IMG/VR virus record: IMGVR_UViG_3300032270_001236
Coordinates: 1-32,218 of that record
DNA length: 32,218 bases
Reading direction: 5' to 3' (one strand)
DNA from: a virus
Taxonomy: Duplodnaviria; Caudoviricetes
Positions within the stretch are counted from its first letter, which is position 1. Every line of letters starts with the position of its first letter. This document shows positions 29,326 to 32,218 of this stretch, one piece after another. The notes beneath the pieces were generated by a model that had not been told where the DNA came from, did not search any database, and worked only from the letters and a program-made list of their open reading frames with translations. The translations under genes and the position numbers were made by a program.

Positions 29326-29393
29326 AGCTCCTGTTTTGTTAAAAACAGAACTTTTTTTGGAAGGAGGTTGCTATCTCCCCTACCATTATTTAA
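29326..29393 (-). promoter_or_regulatory. Late-promoter-like TTAAATA followed by two-hairpin 5' leader sequestering the SD
   Basis: Minus strand: TTAAATA (29387-29393), hairpin UGG-UA-GGGGAG/CUCCUU-CCA (29358-29385), A-rich linker, hairpin AGUUCUGUUUU/AAAACAGGAGCU (29326-29352) containing AGGAG. Confidence 0.55.
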
Positions 29394-29731
29394 CGATAAA
29401 GGTATCTTAAATTATAATTATCGGAATTTAGGTATTTTAACATCTCAATAGCAATTAGTTTTGGGTTTCCTTCACCGCAAGTATACACATCTATTGCCAA
29501 ACACCCGTTTTCGGGCCAAGTATGGCACGAGACATGACTTTCTGCAAGTGCAACTACAATTGTACATCCTTGAGGAATAAAACAATGTGAAAAAACGTTC
29601 AAAATAGTCATGTTTGCACGTTTAATACCACATATCATGGCATTTTGAAGCGATTCTACATCGTTAATCGCCTCAAAATCAACATCATACACCTCTAAGA
29701 GTAGGTGATTGCCCATCGAAAACTGTTCCAA
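29390..29731 (-). CDS. speD: S-adenosylmethionine decarboxylase proenzyme (class 1b, pyruvoyl-dependent)
   Basis: GNHLLLEVY, F.PQGCT, LAE|SHVSCHTWPE self-cleavage motif, DVYTCG; start TTG 29731 or ATG 29716. Confidence 0.92.
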   Translation of the reverse strand: MEQFSMGNHLLLEVYDVDFEAINDVESLQNAMICGIKRANMTILNVFSHCFIPQGCTIVVALAESHVSCHTWPENGCLAIDVYTCGEGNPKLIAIEMLKYLNSDNYNLRYLYR

Positions 29732-29752
29732 TACACAAAGATCCGAAAAATC

Positions 29753-29760
29753 TATTTATT
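29753..29760 (-). promoter_or_regulatory. Late promoter (AATAAATA) upstream of speD
   Basis: ATAAATA core overlapping the upstream stop codon, ~21 nt before the speD TTG. Confidence 0.6.
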
Positions 29761-29965
29761 TTGAAAAATCCATGATGTTTTTACGAGAAAAAGTGTCATT
29801 TTCTTGAATTCGGATGTCTTTATTGCGAAAAGTCCAACAAATACCTCCTTCATCGAGAAAAACGACCCATTCCAGATCATGTTCTTGAGATCGGTCGATT
29901 AAAAAAAATGCCCAACCACTACCTTTGGGGGTGATGACTGGGATTGTAGGATTTAATTGAATCAT
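29756..29965 (-). CDS. Hypothetical protein (69 aa, beta-rich)
   Basis: MIQLNPTIPVITPKG.GWAFFLIDRSQEHDLEWVVF; tightly packed with neighbours. Confidence 0.8.
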   Translation of the reverse strand: MIQLNPTIPVITPKGSGWAFFLIDRSQEHDLEWVVFLDEGGICWTFRNKDIRIQENDTFSRKNIMDFSK

Positions 29966-29971
29966 TTTTGA

Positions 29972-30124
29972 TTATTTGCCCTGTCCTCTATAAGGCTTAC
30001 GAGCTTTATTGCGAGACGTAGCTGAGTACTTAGTACCATCCCCATCTCCTTGCCGACTTTTCTTTGGTGGACCAGGAATATAAGAACTGCTCTTATTCAG
30101 TCCACCCTTTACCTTTACTGCCAT
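29972..30124 (-). CDS. Small basic protein (50 aa), not in ORF track
   Basis: Manual translation MAVKVKGGLNKSSSYIPGPPKKSRQGDGDGTKYSATSRNKARKPYRGQGK*; AGGAG SD upstream; fills the gap exactly. Confidence 0.85.
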   Translation of the reverse strand: MAVKVKGGLNKSSSYIPGPPKKSRQGDGDGTKYSATSRNKARKPYRGQGK

Positions 30125-30126
30125 GT

Positions 30127-30285
30127 TTATTCTCCTATAATTTCAGTTTCAATTTCGTCTGGATTTGGAGAATTTGACCGATAAAACTCATCTGCCAAAT
30201 CCTCCATAATATCAAAATACTCTTCCTCTGTAAGATTAGTGTAAATTTTACGTCCCTTACAGAAAATATCGTACTTGTCTGCCAT
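30127..30285 (-). CDS. Small acidic protein (52 aa)
   Basis: Start re-called to ATG 30285 (MADKYDIFCKGRKIYTNLTEEEYFDIMEDLADEFY...), 4 nt after the upstream stop, avoiding a long overlap. Confidence 0.8.
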   Translation of the reverse strand: MADKYDIFCKGRKIYTNLTEEEYFDIMEDLADEFYRSNSPNPDEIETEIIGE

Positions 30286-30289
30286 CGTA

Positions 30290-31051
30290 TCAAATAACTC
30301 TTGTTTTTTCGTGACCAACTCTGATGCGAGGATCGCACCAAATTTCAAATCCTGCTTCTTTTGCATCTAGGCAGAATGATACATCTTCTCCACACATGTC
30401 TTGAACCTCACCAGATTCAAAGACTTGCATTTTAGGTGCAAACCAAGGATACTTCATTTCGGTATGTTCAAATACACCGTTTTTAATCAGCAACCAACCA
30501 AATCCGGTATAATCGACTGTAAATGGTTTACGACGCTTAGAAATAGTTTCCACGGTTTCGTGATTCATTACACCACCATTACCACGGAAATCTTCTTCAT
30601 CCAACCAGTGAGCAACAGACGTGGTGTGACCATCTTCAGTTACATACCACCCTGCCGCAATATCCTTGTCCATGAGAACTAATCTGTAGAATGATTCAGT
30701 ATTGAAAACAATATCCGAATCAATCCAAAGTTGATAATCATATTGTAACTTACCGTCCCATGGAAGTTGATCAGGACCTCTAAGTACGTTTGCTCCAAGG
30801 CATTTGCAACGGGCAAAATTAACCATGGAACTGTAATCTTGTGAAATTTGAATACTTGCACCATTCTGCACAAGATCAAAACAAAGCTGAACGAAATTTT
30901 TTAAATATGTGTAAGAAACTCCTCTTCCAGGTAAACAGAAAACAATTGATTTGCCACGAATAATCTCACGTGCCGCTTCATAATCGAATTCTGGTTCAGA
31001 CGAACCTGATGCAATTGGAGTTTTTGCTTTTACAGTGAATCCTTTAGCCAT
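30290..31051 (-). CDS. Glycosyltransferase-like protein (GT-A fold, family 2-like)
   Basis: NFARCKC, WIDSDIVF (DxD), TGFGWLLIK, GEDVSFC, GFEIWCDPRIRVGH motifs. Confidence 0.75.
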   Translation of the reverse strand: MAKGFTVKAKTPIASGSSEPEFDYEAAREIIRGKSIVFCLPGRGVSYTYLKNFVQLCFDLVQNGASIQISQDYSSMVNFARCKCLGANVLRGPDQLPWDGKLQYDYQLWIDSDIVFNTESFYRLVLMDKDIAAGWYVTEDGHTTSVAHWLDEEDFRGNGGVMNHETVETISKRRKPFTVDYTGFGWLLIKNGVFEHTEMKYPWFAPKMQVFESGEVQDMCGEDVSFCLDAKEAGFEIWCDPRIRVGHEKTRVI

Positions 31052-31074
31052 AATAGGAATAATTTTACTTCAGT

Positions 31075-31103
31075 ATTATACAGTATTATGTATGAAAAGT
31101 CAA
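31075..31103 (-). promoter_or_regulatory. sigma70-type promoter TTGACT-N17-TATAAT
   Basis: -35 at 31098-31103, -10 at 31075-31080, 17-bp spacer, 23 nt upstream of ATG 31051. Confidence 0.85.
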
Positions 31104-31109
31104 ATGCGC

Positions 31110-31283
31110 TCAATCTTTATTTTCACACAGAATTAATTCATCTCCATCGGTTTTCAATATTATTTCAGTATCTTCATACCACGAAAATTCATTCACAATA
31201 CATTCAGGAATAATCAGATAATACTCCCCAGTTACTGGATCAACTTGTAATAATTGGCGATTTTCATCAAGATTTTTTTTCAT
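31110..31283 (-). CDS. AbrB/MazE/SpoVT-like small DNA-binding protein (57 aa), not in ORF track
   Basis: Manual translation MKKNLDENRQLLQVDPVTGEYYLIIPECIVNEFSWYEDTEIILKTDGDELILCENKD*; l.IP..i...l.W..gte.....dgd.lil swapped-hairpin pattern. Confidence 0.7.
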   Translation of the reverse strand: MKKNLDENRQLLQVDPVTGEYYLIIPECIVNEFSWYEDTEIILKTDGDELILCENKD

Positions 31284-31340
31284 TTATTAATTTACATTTC
31301 GTTTTATATAGTAACTTTAATAATTATAATCGACTTATTT

Positions 31341-31367
31341 GGAGAAATTTTTATGGGAGAAATTTTT
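31341..31367. repeat. Tandem 12-bp direct repeat GGAGAAATTTTT x2
   Basis: Copies at 31341-31352 and 31356-31367 in the noncoding AT/GC boundary. Confidence 0.75.
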
Positions 31368-31497
31368 TTACTTTGAGTGAAATATAAGTCTTGCTTGGGT
31401 AACACTTTATAGATTGAGGGATCCATCGGTTTTTAGCCACGGCGCCCCGCCATCACGATACCGTTATACCATAATACTGCTGCTGCCACGAACGAAC

Positions 31498-31518
31498 GGG
31501 GGTGGGTGTGCCACCCCC
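31498..31518 (-). terminator. GC-rich hairpin after the last GC-island gene (terminator-like, no U-tract)
   Basis: 8-bp perfect stem GGGGGTGG/CCACCCCC with 5-nt loop, 7 nt after the TGA at 31526. Confidence 0.5.
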
Positions 31519-31525
31519 TGAACCG

Positions 31526-31717
31526 TCACCCCACGTCGCCCAGGGCGCTGTTCGCCGTGCTCATGCGGGTGGCGCTGCTGCCTGCCGCTCCGCCATGGGT
31601 GCGAACGCGGGTGCTGCCGCCTTTGATCTGATTCGCCCAGCGGTTGGCGCTGGTGCCGTGTGCCACGGGCAGGCGGGTGATGGTGAACTGGATGCCGTTG
31701 ATGGTGGTGGTGGTCAT
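31526..31717 (-). CDS. Small early hypothetical protein (63 aa)
   Basis: Start re-called to ATG 31717 (MTTTTINGIQFTITRLPVA...), directly after the repeated promoter/leader; GC3-rich codons. Confidence 0.75.
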   Translation of the reverse strand: MTTTTINGIQFTITRLPVAHGTSANRWANQIKGGSTRVRTHGGAAGSSATRMSTANSALGDVG

Positions 31718-31745
31718 CGGGTGCGTTGCGGTTTGCTCTGGAATT
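31706..31745 (-). repeat. 40-bp direct repeat, copy 1 (end of -10 box, leader, MTTT codons)
   Basis: 39/40 identical to 32027-32066; core 27 bp gggtgcgttgcggtttgctctggaatt is identical. Confidence 0.95.
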
Positions 31746-31780
31746 CTACAGGGTCGGGGGTGGATGGTCAACCCACCCCG
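31743..31780 (-). promoter_or_regulatory. Early promoter in stem-loop (TTGACC-N17-TAGAAT)
   Basis: -35 31766-31771 lies in the loop of the GGGGTGG/CCACCCC inverted repeat; -10 at 31743-31748. Confidence 0.85.
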
Positions 31781-31786
31781 TAGGGG

Positions 31787-32038
31787 TCAGATCTGCTGCA
31801 GGTCGCCGCTGCGGCGAGCATCGCTGATCAGGCGCCCCAGGGAGAGTCCCAGCAGGTCGGGGGAGGAGATCACCTCTGCCAGGCGGGCAGCGAACGCGGG
31901 GGTCGCTTCGAACCCGTAGGCACGGTCGCTGTTGCTCTGGAAGATCACCTCCACGGCGGTGCCGTCAATCTCAACGTTGGCGATGGCGCTGCTCTGCTCA
32001 GCGGTGAAGGGGCGGAAGATCGGGGCGGTGGTGGTCAT
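31787..32038 (-). CDS. Small early protein, KTSC-like domain (83 aa)
   Basis: Start re-called to ATG 32038; SSAIANVEID...VEVIF.S..RAYGF...SLGRLI resembles the KTSC pattern. Confidence 0.65.
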   Translation of the reverse strand: MTTTAPIFRPFTAEQSSAIANVEIDGTAVEVIFQSNSDRAYGFEATPAFAARLAEVISSPDLLGLSLGRLISDARRSGDLQQI

Positions 32039-32066
32039 GGGGTGCGTTGCGGTTTGCTCTGGAATT
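32027..32066 (-). repeat. 40-bp direct repeat, copy 2
   Basis: Matches 31706-31745 with 1 mismatch; 321-bp period. Confidence 0.95.
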
Positions 32067-32101
32067 GTAGTCGGTAGAGGGGGCACCCGTCAAGCGCCCC
32101 C
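32064..32101 (-). promoter_or_regulatory. Early promoter in stem-loop (TTGACG-N18-TACAAT)
   Basis: -35 32088-32093 lies in the loop of the GGGGGCGC/GTGCCCCC hairpin; -10 at 32064-32069. Confidence 0.8.
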
Positions 32102-32108
32102 GCAGGAG

Positions 32109-32218
32109 TCAGATGCCTGCCATGGCGGCGGCAAGGCGATCACGCTTGCGGATCGCGGTGGGCACGATGAACCAGAGGTCGCGCTTGCCGCTGTCGCTGC
32201 GGGTGGCATCCAGGGTGC
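32109..32218 (-). CDS. 3' end of another small GC-rich gene (partial)
   Basis: Open frame ...TLDATRSDSGKRDLWFIVPTAIRKRDRLAAAMAGI* ending with TGA 7 nt before the next cassette hairpin, the same spacing as the other units. Confidence 0.65.
   Translation of the reverse strand, partial: TLDATRSDSGKRDLWFIVPTAIRKRDRLAAAMAGI

Noticed and set aside
30135-30879. Alternative-frame ORFs 30135-30341, 30401-30682, 30679-30879 and the 30366 start of the acidic gene
   Set aside because: They overlap the glycosyltransferase or acidic gene; ATG 30285 gives clean gene packing.
241-31620. TRVRT pentapeptide shared by the 1-1098 protein and the 63-aa early protein
   Set aside because: Five-residue match with no flanking similarity and different codons; expected by chance.
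31502-31919. Plus-strand ORFs of 93 and 91 aa, and the extended starts at 31771 and 32086 (shared IPEQTATHP peptide)
   Set aside because: GC-rich shadow ORFs; the extensions run through promoter/leader DNA, so the shared peptide is just the translated DNA repeat.
31706-32066. Direct repeats as a CRISPR array or att sites
   Set aside because: Only two copies 321 bp apart, separated by a gene, each containing a promoter end and start codon; no cas or integrase gene in the window.

Overview
This window is part of a T4-like myovirus genome, most likely a cyanophage (cyanomyovirus gene order and protein types). All real genes are on the minus strand. From right to left there is first a sharply GC-rich (~65-70%) block of small genes at ~31440-32218, built from repeated hairpin + sigma70 promoter + leader cassettes. 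A noncoding AT-rich boundary follows, then a small-gene cluster: AbrB-like protein, GT-A glycosyltransferase-like protein, an acidic/basic micro-protein pair, a hypothetical, speD and another hypothetical. The AT-rich (~30% GC) late structural block runs gp25, gp6, giant gp7-like (4241 aa), gp8, VrlC-like (2361 aa), three small genes (one NblA-like), gp13, gp14, gp15 and gp16. Last is a partial modular protein at 1-1098 that the ORF track missed. T4-type late promoters (TATAAATA and variants) precede several genes. The most interesting signals are: the 1-1098 ORF, which looks like a polyprotein of short modules joined by prohead-protease-type Glu sites; the PeSL-like promoter cassettes in the GC island; an NblA-like gene among structural genes; and a two-hairpin leader hiding a Shine-Dalgarno downstream of speD. 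Family calls come from motif recognition and synteny only; no database searches were run.
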